From positions 1,504,537 to 1,568,536 of the forward strand of contig CM119269.1 of assembly GCA_051294375.1 (NCBI GenBank): a stretch of 64,000 bases of DNA, written 5' to 3'. A program made the position numbers and the translations under genes. Positions 1 to 13,237 of this stretch are shown here, in pieces. Numbering within the stretch: the stretch's first letter is position 1; the number at the start of each line of letters is the position of its first letter. The notes beneath the pieces are model-generated. The model did no database searches, was not told the DNA's origin, and worked only from the letters and a program-made list of their open reading frames with translations. The stretch comes from Paraspadella gotoi. Its lineage: Eukaryota > Animalia > Chaetognatha.

Positions 1-166
1 TTTGAAATTTTCCGATTTTATAGGATAAGTAATTATATATAAATATAGCCTACTGCGAAAATTAAAGAACAGTAAAATTATTTTTTTACAAAGTTAATGT
101 TCACATGATGTATGTTGTTCATAATTGACTTTAGAATTTTGTATGTAACTGTTCAACTACGCCTTA
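1..166. mobile_element. Partial hAT-type MITE (terminal portion, cut by window start)
   Basis: Ends in TIR ACTACGCCTTA (156-166); internal sequence matches the complete copy at 16148-16756. Confidence 0.8.
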
Positions 167-570
167 GTGATTATAATTATTATCATTTAAATTTAATCTT
201 CAAAGCATGTATCAAATAATTCAAATATGTTTCTTAGAAATTCTCTGACGACGACGTCTGCCGAAGAACCAACGTACGTCGATCTGGAGTTTCCATCTGC
301 GGCAAAAATCGCGACATTTGCGTTCCTTGTCCGAAGCGATGGAACCGCCTTGCCGATTCGGCAGAAATGTGAGAGGAGACGACAGGGATGGAGATCCCAA
401 TGAAAGAGTTGAGAGAGAGAGAGAGAGAAGAGAAGAGAGAGGAAGAGAGAGAGAGAGAGAGAGAGAGAGATGTTAGAAAGGAGGAAAAACAGATAGTGAG
501 GAAGTGTGAATAAATTCGCTGTCGTCTTCGAGAAAATATAACCAAAAGCTTTACCTTCTTTTCTAATCCG

Positions 571-646
571 GCCGTGATAAGTATAGGCGGTTAGTACTTC
601 GCGTTGTGGCCGGCGCGACGCCAGGTTTCGACTCCTGGTCACGGCA
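571..646 (+). tRNA. tRNA-His (GUG)
   Basis: GCCGTGAT..GTATAG..GGTTAGTAC..GCGTTGTGGCCG..CCAGGTT(T)CGACTCCTGGTCACGGCA closely matches metazoan tRNA-His; GTG anticodon; followed by a T-run Pol III terminator (648-654). A few extra bases are probably sequence errors. Confidence 0.9.
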
Positions 647-904
647 ATTTTTTTCTCGATTTCTCCTCATTAAGGTCGCCTATGCCCAGAGTTTCCCGAC
701 CAAGACTGTCCCTCCCAACGAATTCGTTTTGGATCCCGTTTCAACGTGACATTATCTTGCAAGTCAGTCAGTCCCCGTAAGTTTCATACGTTTTTTTTTT
801 GCAGTTGACGATTTTTTTTTTGATTTGCTTGTTAAGGTTCTTATCGTGTTTGGTTAGATTTTACATATTTTGTATTTCCGTATTCTGACCCCCTCCTCAC
901 TCAG

Positions 905-1284
905 CCTGCCCCAACATCTGCCCATCACTGCAATCACCGCGTATGCGATTCACAGATCACACCCACGCCAACAAGTGCAAGTTCGAGGTGGCCGCGTTGC
1001 TTGGCGCAGAAGATGGGGCTCGACCTGAAGCTCGCAATTTCGGGCCTGCGAGAAGGCGGAATGGTGAAGTCGTCGCTATGAAGTACCACAACTTTTTTCT
1101 CCCCATCATTTTCCAATTCTCTCTTCCGCAGTGTGTCTCAGGTTTGCGCCTAAGGATCTCCGGCCCGTTTGCGACGATCAGGGCGTAACGCATCCTAACG
1201 AATGCCTCTTCCGAGTGGCGCAGTGCGAGTTGCACGTCAAGGGTGGCGTGATCAATCTCGCGCATCAGGGACCGTGCCGAGACA
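905..1284 (+). CDS. Two Kazal-type protease-inhibitor domain exons (about 905-1063 and 1132-1284) of the large modular gene
   Basis: Translations ACPNICPSLQSP..THANKCKFEVAA..GPC and CLR.PKDLRPVCDDQGVTHPNECLFRVAQC...LAHQGPC fit the Kazal C-x3-C-x7-C-x6-(Y/H)-x-N-x-C..C..G-x-C pattern; AG/GT boundaries; small frameshifts are likely errors. Confidence 0.85.
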
Positions 1285-1471
1285 GTGAGTCAAGTCGATA
1301 TATTTATACTTTTTCAGCTTTGTTCATATTATTTAATATTTATACGCGGAGAATTTGGTACGATCTTTATCTCGCAAATTGTTGTGCCTTGTCAAATCAC
1401 TCAATTTCGTGCCCCTTCTGTTTCCAGAAATTCCCTTCTGTTTTCCCTTCTGTTTTCCCTTCTGTTTCCAG

Positions 1472-1937
1472 AAACGAAACCGGAATACGTGGTCATCGTT
1501 CACACGGGAGGATTCAAATCCCAAAGTCTGAAGCAACAACCACCAGGTGCAGTTCACGGTCAAATTCTCTTGACTAAGGACGGTCGGGCATAGGATCGGA
1601 CTGCTTTTAAACTTTGATTCGCCTTAGTTAGTAGTCAACCCAATTCATTTACATTCAGGCGATCCAGCGTCGGCGGGGACGGCGGCCGGCGCCACTCTGA
1701 TCATCCGCGGCGTCGTGGGAGGGAACTCGGTTGAATGCGTCATCGTCGCGCCGCCACAAAGCTTCGATCAGCCCGACGGGATTAGGGCAAGCATATGATT
1801 AGGGCATATGATTAGGGCAAGCATATGATTGATTGAATCACTCTTTTACTGATTAACTGATTGATTCGGTTTATTTCAGTAACAATTTGACTGATTCAAT
1901 GATTATCAACTGATTAATTGATTTGTTGATTATTTTT

Positions 1938-2033
<96 letters not shown>

Positions 2034-3533
2034 TTTTCTTTTTCCTTCTTTTTTTTTTCTTTTCCAACGCCTCAAACAGATCTTCAAGCGACGATGCAAT
2101 CCCCTTGGAGACATTAAGAGTCTCGAGGTGATATTCCTCAACGCGGACGATTGGTACTTGGAAAACGTCGTCGTGATTTCGCCAGAAAGACTCGTCGAAT
2201 TTCAAGTCGAAAAATGGTTCGGGAACGGAGCAGGTAATACAAACAATCAATTTTTCTCTGACAAATTTTACAAAAAACTTTTTAAATTGTTTAGACTTAG
2301 AGTTATATTTGTGAGCGATAACGATTTTTCGGTCCTGATCGTCGATCCCGTTGGTTCAGTGCCGAACATCATCCTGCCCTCCGGAGGATCGAACGGGATC
2401 GCCGACTCCAAGGATTCCGAAGACTTCGCCGTCACCCTTCGAACCGGTGGCCCGCGCTCGGCGGCGCTCAAAGATCTCGATCCAGGTTCATATATTAACA
2501 TATATATACATTAATTAAGTAGATACAATGAAATCTTAATCTTAACGCATTTACAACGTCTACTCTTTGTATCATTGCAGATATTTTTAATTTGTTTATT
2601 CGATAATGTTTAAATAGTCAAACAAAATGAAGCTGGAACTGAGAAGTCCGTCAAGGTGACGCTCTTCATCGAAAGTCACGGTCAACGAATCCCTTGTGAG
2701 TTTGTCTTTGCAGCGGGATCTCTCAGCCAGTTGGACTCCCAAACGGTTAGTCAAATTTAGTACGAGAATTATTTAATTTCGGATAATAAGTGTTAATTTT
2801 TTAAAATTGTTTTACCTCATTCCTATTTGGGCTCGTCAAATTATATAATATACAATTCTTCCTATGGTGCTAATCATATAAAAATATTCATAAAAATCAG
2901 CCAAACCCAAATTTTATTATTTTTTTAAACATTCAAAATACCGACACTTTGCTTTCAAGAAACCAAACTTTATGACTAATTAAACAATTCATTTGCAGAC
3001 AATGAGCTATCGGTGCCCAGCTAAAGGCTTTGTTCATAACATCAAAATAGATTACAATGACTCCGATATGTGGTTTTTGGAAAAAATAATAGTTAAATCT
3101 CCCAACAAAACAAGGAAGACTATGCCTGTAAATAAATGGCTGGGATTTAAAAACGGTAAAATATTTAATATTATTTAAAGTCAGTTGTTTTCTTTACGGA
3201 ATTCTTAATTAAGGTTTGGTGGATATTTTTTTCCCCCTTTTCTTAGCTTTAACGGGATCATCTGCGAAGGAGACTTATAAAATCAGGATAAGATTAGGAT
3301 ATATCTATACATCTACTTCTCGTCTCAAGTCTGGAAGTACAAGTCAGTTTATAAATCGGTCCACTTTCAATCAACCTCATAATAGAAATATTTTCAATAA
3401 TTACCATTATTGTTTTTTTTTTTTTTTTTCAATATTCAGTTCTCTCTGTAACTCTTTACGGGAAATTAGGAAGCCTATGGACTTCTTGTTCCGGAACTAT
3501 TCAGAGCAGGCTATCTCACAATGACTCTCTCTG
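1472..3533 (+). CDS. PLAT/LH2 domains 1, 2 and first part of 3 (exons 1472-1546, 1659-1786, 2080-2233, 2360-2485, 2618-2745, 2999-3155, 3247-3342, 3440-3533)
   Basis: Spliced translation gives YVVIVHTGG..AGTAAGATLIIRG..C..|..RCNPLGDIKSLEV..DDWYLENVVV..FQVEKWFG and FAVTLRTGG..AGTEKSVKVTL..C..|RCPAKG..DMWFLEKIIV..PVNKWLG. This is the PLAT signature (Y.V.V.TG..AGT...G.I..I.....W.L..V.V....F....W). Confidence 0.85.
1938..2030. repeat. (TTTC)n microsatellite in intron
   Basis: Direct inspection; it explains the spurious KERK ORFs. Confidence 0.95.
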
Positions 3534-3544
3534 GTAAGAATTTT

Positions 3545-4185
3545 TCTTTAGCCGGATCTTGCTTACAGCAGATCTCGGCTCTTTAATTAACTCTGGTCGG
3601 TCTGTCGGCGCACCAATTATCTTGTCAGTAACACTTGTATCATCTCAGAACATCGAATTATAGAAAATTTAAAAAAAAATAAATAAAAAATGATGTCCCT
3701 CCGTCCGTTCGTCCGTATGTCCGTCTCCCCTTAGCTTTGAACGCCAATTCCTCGTGAATGGATGAGGCGATTGAGTTCAAAATTTGTATGTGTGTAGAAA
3801 AGTGAATGATTAAGCTGAAAATCAAGTTTTGATGGAATCGTCTAAGTGGAAATGAGTTAAAATTGAAAAAACCCCCAAAAAAATATATTTCTCCATTCGA
3901 TTAAGCTTTTTTTCTCTTTATATTAAATGTAAATTCAAGATGCATTATTAATTAATTATTGATAAATTAGTAATTAATTAGTTATTATTTTGTAATTAAT
4001 TAATTCATTAATTAATTTTGTGATCGAGATTGTTCTTTTGTGATTGAGAGGCGAGACGAAGTGTAAAACGATTTTGACGCGAATAAAAAAAATATTAATT
4101 AATTATTTTTATTAATTATTGTTATTCATTAATTAATTAATTATCTGATCGTGGGTAGATCCAGCATTGTTTGCTCAAACTTGTT
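3545..4185 (+). mobile_element. DINE-1/HINE-like non-autonomous Helentron element
   Basis: 5' subterminal GCCGGATCT(T)GC with adjacent inverted copy GCAGATCTCGGC, (GTCC)n tract, AAATTT(T)G core, 3' subTIR G(C/T)AGATCC(A/G)GC, GTTTG-CT-CAAAC hairpin and TTGTT end. Further copies at about 4808-5398, 15405-15971, 17183-18557 (gapped), 26955-27325, 27701-28184, 40105-40665 and 42990-43402. Confidence 0.75.
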
Positions 4186-4191
4186 CACGCC

Positions 4192-4249
<58 letters not shown>

Positions 4250-4414
4250 GGTGCAACCGTGGTTCCACTGAAGTAGAAGAGTGATTTAATTAAAGAAATC
4301 TAAATAAAATCAATAATAGTAATAACTTGTAAGTAATCCTCCGAGTGCCCAGGCAATTATTCAAAACCGAAAGTGGATAGTTGTGAATAATGTTCGACGC
4401 TATTTGCACCGTGA

Positions 4415-6765
4415 TCAGTTTGTGACGGCGGCGATGACCAGTGTGTCGGCGAAGCCTACAGTTGCCTTAGTCCACTTGGTTTGACTTCCATGTGCTTCAG
4501 TCGAGTAAACAAGAAGCGGATATTGAGCGTTGGTAATTTTAGGGAGGCATATCGAATTGCTCCTGTTGGTTTTTTTAGTAGTAGTTAAAATATCAAGCTA
4601 ATTCTGTAGTTGTTGCAAAGCGTTTTACCTGATGACAACCATGATCCATCCCTGTTCATTCGCACAAGGCCAGCTACTTTGGAACACATAGAACAGCCTT
4701 GTGGATGTTTCGAACCGAAATATATTCCCTAAGATTGTCAATGGTACAAATGAATTTTTTTTTTCATTAATTTTTTAATCCATTTTAAAAATTTGTATTT
4801 TATATAATTCACTTTGTCGGTCCGTCGGTCCGCCCCCCAATTTTGTCGGGCATTTACTTATATCATGTCAGAACATCGAATTATGATAAATTATGCAAAA
4901 AAAAATGATATCCGTCCGTCCGTCCGTCCGTCCGTCCGTCCGTCTGGCTGTCCCACCTTATCAAAAAAGACCAATTACTCGTGATTTGATAGATGGATTT
5001 GAATGAAATTTTGTGAATGAGTAGGAAAGTGTGTGATTGAGCAGGAAATAAAGTTTCGATGGAATCGTCCAAGTGGATATAAGTTAAAATGGAAAAAGCA
5101 AACAACCTATTTCACCATTTGATTATTTTTTTTAAATTTTTATATTAAATGTAAATTCAAGCTGCATTAATTACTTATTGATAAATAAGTAAATAATTAC
5201 TAATTTATTATTTGTAATTAATTAATTAATTAATTAATTAATTAATTTCAAGATTGTTTTGTGATTGAGAGGCGAGACAAAGTGGAAAACGATTTTGACA
5301 CGAATAAAAAAATTAATTAATTAATTAATTAATTATCTGATCAGCTGCCTACCTCTAATGATCGTTGGCAGATCCGGCATTGTTTGCTCAAACTTGTTTT
5401 AAAGACGGTCACATTTATTCAAATCTTTTACTAATTTTAACCCATAATTACTTTAATTAATCATAATTGGATGGATAAATTGAGATGAAATTTTGTGTGT
5501 TGGTATGAAAGTGTATGATTGGGTTGGATATAAAGTTTCGATGGAATTGCGTGGGTGGAAATAAATTTAAATGAAAAAACATAAGTCACATTTACTTGAA
5601 TATTTTTACTAATTTTAACCCATAATTACTCGAATTAATCAAAATTGGATGGAAAGATTGAGATGAAATTTTGTGTGGGGGTAGAAATGTGTGTGATTGA
5701 GTAGGACGTAAAGTTTCGATGGAATCGAGGAGTGGAAATAAGTTTACATGGAAAAAAACAAAGTCAAGTTAATTTGAATTGAAAAAATGATGCAAGTTGA
5801 AAATATTATGCGACTTAAAAAAATGGAGCAAATTTAAAAAAATGATGTGAGTTAAAAAAATGATGCCATTTTAAAAAATTATGCCAGTTTAAAAAATTAT
5901 GCCAATTGAAAAAAATGATGCAAGTTACAAAAATGATGTGAGTTAAAAAAATGATGCAAGTTGAAAAGCTGATGCGAGTTGAAAAACTGATGCAAGTTTA
6001 AAAAATGATGCGAGTTAAAAAATGTTGCGAGTTTAAAAAATGATTCGAGTTTAAAAAATTATGAGTTTAGTATAAAATGTTTAGTAGAGCGTAGTGAAAG
6101 TTACGTACGGAAATTCTAAATGTCAATTATGAAAAATATACCATCAGTGAACATTAATTTGTAAAAAAAATAAATTTTTATGTTTTTTAATTTCGCAGTA
6201 GGCTATATTTATATATAAAATTGAAAAATTCAAAATAGGCTTTTCTTAATTTTGATTGCAGATTTGAATTCTCGTCAAAAGTTGATATAAGAAAATATAA
6301 ACCATTTTTAAAAATTATTTCATTAAGTGGGTTAAAAATTAAAAAAACTATATTCAATCAACTTTTTATGACGAATCCAAATCTGCAAAAAAATCTTAGA
6401 AAAAACTGTTTTGAAATTTTAACATTTATTGGATTAGTACTAGTATAAATATGGCTTACTGCATAAATTGTAAAATTTATTATAAATTTTTTATACATAA
6501 ATGTTCATTAGTATAATGTTGTTCGTTCCTCACGTTTAGAATTTTATTTAAAGTTAAATTTAAAGAAATTTTACTACGCCTTAGTGTTTAGTATCCGAAC
6601 AGGGTTTGACCCGTTTTTGAGGCTTAATCTGTTCTACCGTCTTCCAATTTTGGGCCACAATTGTTTTATTGTGGCCATCTTTTGTGAACCAATTGTATGG
6701 TTTTGTATTGTTCATCAAAAGGGATACAACAACAGCGACGCCATCTTGTAGAATGTCAGCTGCAC
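4415..6765 (-). CDS. 3' exons (about 6765-6638, 4728-4629, 4562-4415) of the nested antisense type II membrane protein gene, copy A
   Basis: VQLTFYKDGVAVV..NTKPYNWFTK..|GNIFRFETSTRLFYVFQSSWPCANEQGWIMVVIR|SNSICLPKITNAQYPLLVYSTEAHGSQTKWTKATVGFADTLVIAAVTN*; canonical AG/GT sites with consistent phases. Confidence 0.75.
5783..6068. repeat. ~20-bp tandem repeat (AAAAAATGATGCAAGTT); related array at 35390-35587
   Basis: Direct inspection. Confidence 0.85.
6085..6583. mobile_element. hAT-type MITE copy
   Basis: Termini TAGAGCGTAGT...ACTACGCCTTA; flanks ATGTTTAG / GTGTTTAG (7/8 match TSD). Confidence 0.8.
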
Positions 6766-7728
6766 CTACAAATTAAAAAACAAGGATGGTTATTCCAAGG
6801 TGTTACACTGCATTACTTATCCTTTTACTTTCTTGTATTACTGTGTATATACAACACCCCTCNNNNNNNNNNNNNNNNNNNNNNNNNNNNNNNNNNNNNN
6901 NNNNNNNNNNNNNNNNNNNNNNNNNNNNNNNNNNNNNNNNNNNNNNNNNNNNNNNNNNNNNNTTTTATAAGTCTCCTTCGCATGGATGATCCCCGTTTAA
7001 AAGCTAAGAAAAAAAAACAATATCCACCAAACCTTAATTAAAGAATTCTGTAAAGAAAACAACTGGACTTTTAAAAATTCGAAAAATGATTTTAACCCGT
7101 TTTAAAGTCCAAGCCATTTATTTAGCAGGGCATAGTCCTTCTTGTTTGCTTTTGGAGATTTAACTATTATTTTTTCCAAAACTACATATCGGAGTCATAT
7201 GTATATCTATTTTTATGTTATGAGACGAAAGCCCTTTAGCTGGGCACGCGATAGTCATGTCTGGCGAAATGAATGTTTAATTAGTCATTAAAGTTTGGTT
7301 TCTTTAATGTTTAAAATAAATAATAAAAATTTGGGTTTTGGCTGATTTTTATGAATTATTTTTATATGATTGGGCACCATAATAAGGTTGTATATTATCT
7401 AATTTGACGAGGCCCAATATGGTTGAGGTAAAACAATTTTTTAAAAAATTAACACTTATTTTATCCGAAATTAAATAAGTTCTTCGTACTAAAATTGACT
7501 AACCGTTTGGGAGTCCAACTGGCTTAGAGAATGTTACCCTGCTGCAAAGACAAATCTCACAAGGGGATTCGTTGAGCCGTGACTTTCGATAAAGCAGCGT
7601 CACTTTCAACGGGACTTCTCAGGTTCGCCAGCTTTCATTTTGGTTTGACTGGAAATAAAGAACCAATGACTATTTTAAACATTTATCGATTAATACAAAT
7701 TAAAAATATCTGCAATGATACCAAAGAG

Positions 7729-8162
7729 TAAGGGCGTTAGTGAAAGTTACATACGAAAATTCTAAAAGTCAATTTATGAACAACATACCATCAGTGAACA
7801 TTTAATTTGTAAAAAAAAATTAATTTATGTTTTTTTTAATTTTCGCAGGTAGGGCTATATATTCTTTTTTTATTTTGACCCAGCTTAATGAAGGAATTTT
7901 CAAAAAGAGTTATATTTCTTTTTATCAACTTTTTACTGACAACATCCAAAACTGTTAAAAAAAATCTTAGAAAAAATGTTTGAAATTTTTAACATTTATT
8001 CGGTTTTGAGTAACTGTATATAATATGGCCTAGCTGCGTAAATTGTAAAATTTATTATAAAATTTTTTTATTCATAAATGTTCATTACGTATAATATTCT
8101 GTTCGTTTCCTCATTTTATAATTTTAATTAATTGTTAAATTAGAATTTTTACTACGCCTTTA
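7729..8162. mobile_element. hAT-type MITE copy absent from the other haplotype
   Basis: TAAG(G)GCGT(T)AGT...ACTACGCCTT(T)A flanked by (A/C)CAAAGAG duplication; empty site tactctttgt at 2561-2570. Confidence 0.8.
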
Positions 8163-10260
8163 ACAAAGAGTAGAACGTTGTAAACTGCGTTAATGATTAA
8201 AGATTTCATTGTCTCTACTTAATAATGTATATATATCATAAATATAGTAGGATTAATATAATGAACCTGGAATCGAGATCTTGTTGAGCGCCGGCCGAGC
8301 GCATGGTGCCACCGGTTCCGAAGGGTGACGGCGAAGTCTTCGGAATCCTTAGGTCGGCGACCCGTTCGCGATCGCTTCCGGACGGGCATGGATGATGTTC
8401 CGCTCACTGAACCAACGGAGATGCGACGATGCAGTGACCGAAAAAATCGTTATCGCTCATCAAAGATTGATTTTTTTTTTTTAAAACTCTAAACAATTTA
8501 AAAAGTCTTTTTTGTAAAATTTGTCAAAGAAAAATTGATTGTTTGTATTACGCGTGCTCGCGTTTCCGAACATTTTTTTCGACTTTGAAATTCGACGAGT
8601 CTTTCGGCGAAATCACGAACGACGTTTTTCCCACCCAGTAGCAATCGTCCGAGTGAGGAATTATCACGCTCGAGACTCTTAATGTCTCCAAGGGGATTGC
8701 ATGCGTAGTTGAAGATGCTGTTTGAGGCGTTGGGAAAAGAAAAGAAAAGAAAGAAGAAAAAAGAAAAAAAGAAAGAAAAGAAAGAAAGAAAGAGAAGAAA
8801 GAAAAAGCCACGAAGAAAGAAAGAAAGAAAGAAAAAAGAAATAAAGAAAGAAAAATAAATTCAACGATCAATTAAATCAGGTTGATATCATGTGAATTCA
8901 GTCAAATTGTTATTCTGAAATGAAACGCGAATCAATGCAGTTAATGCAGTAAAAAGAGTTATTCAATCAATCATAGCTTGCGCCCTGAATCATATTCCCT
9001 AATCATGAGTGCCTTGCCCTAATCCGCGTCGGGCTGATCGAAGCTTTGCTGGCGGCGCGACGATGACCGGCATTCACGAGTTCCCTCCACAGACGCCGCG
9101 CAGCGATATCAGAGTGGCGGGCCGGACGCCGTCCCCGCCGACGATGGCATCCGCCTGAATGTAACATGAACTTGGGTTGAGCTACCTAAACTGAATGTAA
9201 ATGAATTGGGTTTGACTTACTAAACTGAATGTAAATGAATTGCGGTTGACTACTAACTAAGGCGAAATCAAAGTTAAAAGCAGTCCATCCTCTGCCCGAC
9301 CGTCCTTAGTCAAGGAGAATCTTAGACCGGTGAGACGTGAACTGGTGGTTGGTTGCTTGTCAGATTCTGGGATTTGATTCCTTCCCGTGTGAACGCATGA
9401 CAACGTATTGCCGGTTTCGGTTTCTGACAATAACAGAAGGGAAAACAGAAGGGAATCTTCTGGAAACAGAAGGGCACGAAATTGAGTGATTTAACTAAGC
9501 AGCACAATTTGAGAGATAAAGTATCGTACCAAACATTCTCCCGCGTATAAATATTATAAATAATATTGAACAAAGCTGAAAAAGTATAAATATATCCACT
9601 AGAACTCACTTGTCTTGGCACGGTCCCTGATTGCGCGACGAAATTGATCACGTGCCATCCGCTTGCTTGGCATCTGCGCACTGCGCCACTCGGAAGAGGA
9701 TTCCGTTAAGGATTGGCATGTTAGCGACGCCTGATCGTCGCAAAACGGGCGCCGGAGATCCTTAGTGCATAACCTTTGAGACACACTGTGGAAGAGAGAA
9801 TTTGAAAATGAATGGGGAGCAAAAAAGTTCGTACTTATAACGACTACTCACATTTCCGCTTCTCGCACGCGCCCGAAATGTGCGAGGCTTCAGTGTCGAG
9901 GCCCCATCTTCGCGCCAGCAACGGCCACCTCGAACCTTGCACTTGTTGGCCGTGGGTGTGATCCGTGAGAATCGCCATACGGGTGATTGCAGTGTTGGGC
10001 AGATGCTGGGGCAGGCTGGGTGTTGGAGGGGGTCAGAATACAGAAATACGAAAATATGTAAATCTAACCAACAGGATAAGAACCTTAACAAGCAAATAAA
10101 AAAAATCGTCACTGCAAAAAACGTATGAAACTTACGGGGACTGACTGACTTGCAAGATAATCGTCAGTGAAACGGGATCCAAAACGAATTCGTTGGAGGG
10201 AAAGTCTTGGTCGGAAACTTGCGGCAAGGCGCACCTTAAATGAGAGAAATCGAAAAAAGT

Positions 10261-10334
10261 TGCCGTGACCAGAGAGTCGAACCTGGGTCGTCGCGGCCAC
10301 AACGCGACAGTACTAACCGCTATACTATCACGGC
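10261..10334 (-). tRNA. tRNA-His (GUG), second-haplotype copy
   Basis: RC = GCCGTGATAGTATAGCGGTTAGTACTGTCGCGTTGTGGCCGCGACGACCCAGGTTCGACTCTCTGGTCACGGCA. Confidence 0.88.
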
Positions 10335-11014
10335 CGGATGAAAAGAAGGTAAAGCTTTGTGGTTAGTATTTTATCGAAGAACGACAGCGAAATTTATTCA
10401 CAACTTCCTCACTATCTGTTTTTCCTCCTTTCCTAAATCTCTCTCTCTCTATCTCTCTCTCTCCTCTCCTCTCTCTCTCTCTGTCTCTCATCTCTCTCTC
10501 TCCTCCTCTCTTCTCTTCTCTCACACCTCTTCCATTGGGCATCCATCCCTGTCGTTCTAGTCCACAATTCTGCCGAATCGGCAAAGGCGGTTCCCATCGC
10601 TTCGGGACAAGGAACACAATGTCGCGATTCTTTGCCGCAGATGGAAACTCCAGATCGACGTACGTGGTTCCATCGGGCAGACGTCGTCGTCGTCAGAGAG
10701 ATTTCTAAGAACATATTTGAATTATTTGATACATGCTTTGAAGATTTAAATTTAAATGAATAATTATTTAATCACGTTACGTTGACGCATTTTTCCGTGC
10801 TCCGAGACGCATTTTATGGACTTTGGCATCCGCATTCTCTAAAAAACGTATTTTAAAAATTAACAAAAACAACTAAATAAAATACGAGAACAGCCGAACG
10901 ACAGAATGACATTTTATGCTTCAGGTTTTTTTCAAGACGATCCCCTTGTTTTTTTGTTTTTTTTTTTTGGTTCACCCAAACAAAACAAAAAACAAAAACA
11001 AAACAAAAGACTCA

Positions 11015-11239
11015 CGAAGCGACCGTCGCCTCTGGTAACACTTTTTGTGCAGATCGAGCGACGCGTGTACGCACGCAGCCTGCGAGGCCCGCTCCGCCAA
11101 CCCCGCCGTCTCAAAGGGGCAGGCTTCTTCGAGAACCGGAGTTCGAAACACTCGAGACAGCGGCCCTCGACGGGGTCGTAGTAATGGCCTGAGCCCGGGA
11201 CGGGGAAGCGCTCGGGGAACGGTAGCAGGAAGCGGGGAA
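11015..11239 (-). CDS. Kunitz/BPTI-like exon of the large modular gene (frameshifted by errors)
   Basis: After acceptor ttcccag: FPASCYRSPS..PGSGHYYDPVEGRCLECF..ACPFETA..; YYD...G.C and F.T are Kunitz-like motifs. Confidence 0.55.
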
Positions 11240-11293
11240 CTGGGAAGATACGAGAAAGGGAGCTTAGTAAGTCATTTGATCGTCATCGTCATC

Positions 11294-11330
<37 letters not shown>

Positions 11331-11824
11331 ATCATCATCATCAAAGCCAAAAAAATCATAATCGAATATATGTACTCTTTGGGCGGGAATGTGGGATCCT
11401 CTGGAACGCAAGTTCGATCGACCTCTTGGGTACGCATTCTTGGTTAGGATGTCCACAAGCATTTTTATTGAAGGTCACTTCTGACAAGCATCGTCGCATC
11501 CCTTGGGTGGGGGGAAGGTGAGAGAACCGGATTTTATTTATGAAAATTACTCTCAAACTTTTGACCCTTTAATATCAAAATCTGGGCGAAAAATTATATA
11601 TCTTTCAACGCAACGAAAAGAACATAAAATTGTTTTCTCTGAACACATCTATCAGAGGCAAGCACTTGATAATCCATTTCTGCTTTGCTATAGTTGTACT
11701 AATCTTGATATGCACTTGCGTTTAAAATAAAACTTCAAATAAAACATAGTATAGTAGAAGAGAAAGAGGTCAACCAGTCACCAGGCCTTTTTCCGGCTCC
11801 TGAAAAACTTTACTTCGAACTTAG

Positions 11825-12345
11825 GCACGTTCCCTGGTGAGCCTCGCAGCCTGCTCCCAACAGCCCGTCTTCAGTTGCGCGTCCTTCTCTTGACGTAAGA
11901 GCGACATCTTGGGTCCTCGACGCGGCAGACTGATCGGAGCGCGGGGGGCGGCAGGTGAGACAAGCGTACACTCTTCAACACCGCAGCAGTCCGTCTCCTT
12001 CGCCGGGTAGGTGTACCCTTGTGGAGAAGGGTGAAAAGGTTATCTGAGAAACACGATCTCTCTCTCTCTCTTTCTTTCTCTTTCTATCTACTCTCTCTGT
12101 CTCTCTCTCACAAAAATTTAAACTTACCGTAACCACTATGCGTTCCCGTCTTCAGCTCGCAGATAAACGGATCCGGAGGCGGGCAGCCATCGCAACACTT
12201 GTAGCCTGCAGGCACTCGCAGTGGAGCGCGCTCTCGTAATCGGGCCTCCATAGGTTTTCGACGAGGCACTGGGCGGTGTGGTCGGAGGGGTGGGGCCGTC
12301 CACAGACGACGGAACAGTCTCGGGAGAGCGGGAGTGAGAAGTGCA
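11825..12345 (-). CDS. Cys-rich WAP/four-disulfide-core-like exons (about 12345-12128 and 12042-11825)
   Basis: Frame-joined translation ..DCSVVCG..QCL..CECPAGYKCCDGCPPPDPFICE.. ending at a gtaag donor, and QGYTYPAKETDCCGVEEC; CP.G.KCC..GC is the WAP motif. Sequence is noisy. Confidence 0.5.
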
Positions 12346-12969
12346 ACCTTGTCGAAATCTCGGTTTATGCGAAAGAGGCGCTTCCTTTAGTTTTTTAAAG
12401 AGAGGAAGGAGAAAAAGAAATCACAAACTTTTGCTTACAACAACTTTGTTACTTTTTAAATGGCACGACAAATGAACTAACCGGAAAATCACCAAAGTAA
12501 GCGCGTTTGTCAACGAAATCTCCCATCGTTCTCGTTGGCTGGAAAAATGAGCATGGACCCGATAAATAGCCAATTATATCCATTAATGAAACGAATCGAA
12601 TCTAATTATGATTTTTTATCCAAGTTTGTTTTTTTTTTAAACGCTTTCTATTTACCTGACCGGAAGCTGAGAGACAAACAAGTAAACACACACCATACGC
12701 GACAACGTGGCGAAGTATTTTTCCTTTCCGAGGTTTCTCATCCTAGGGCGGGGTTTTATCTTTTTGCACAAATAGTGAATTAATCGGCAATTGTAATGTT
12801 TCGCATGATAGATATTATTTTTTTTCTATTTTGTCATTCTTGGTTCCTAATCTTGAGCGCATTGAAAAAAAAAAAAGGTCGCCGAACCGACGTCCGTCGC
12901 CTTCGCCGATAGTTTACATTACGCGACGACGCCCTGAAACTGCACCCGCGACTCAAGAATCACTTTTTT

Positions 12970-13012
<43 letters not shown>

Positions 13013-13026
13013 GAGAGGAGAGAGAG

Positions 13027-13058
<32 letters not shown>

Positions 13059-13237
13059 AGAGAGAGATTATATATATATATATATTGATCTTACATTGTA
13101 TGTTCATTATTATTACGATATACGAAGTTTCCTCTTAAAGTTGCAGTTATCTTTTAACTTTACAACATCATATTCATGAAATACGAGATTCGGTTGGGAT
13201 AAAAGTATAGCACAGGAGTAAAGATCCAATCAGAAAA

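Noticed and set aside
905-1284. Calling the large gene a pseudogene because of frameshifts
   Set aside because: Indels differ between duplicate copies and cluster in low-quality blocks, while splice sites and motifs are preserved; sequencing error is more likely.
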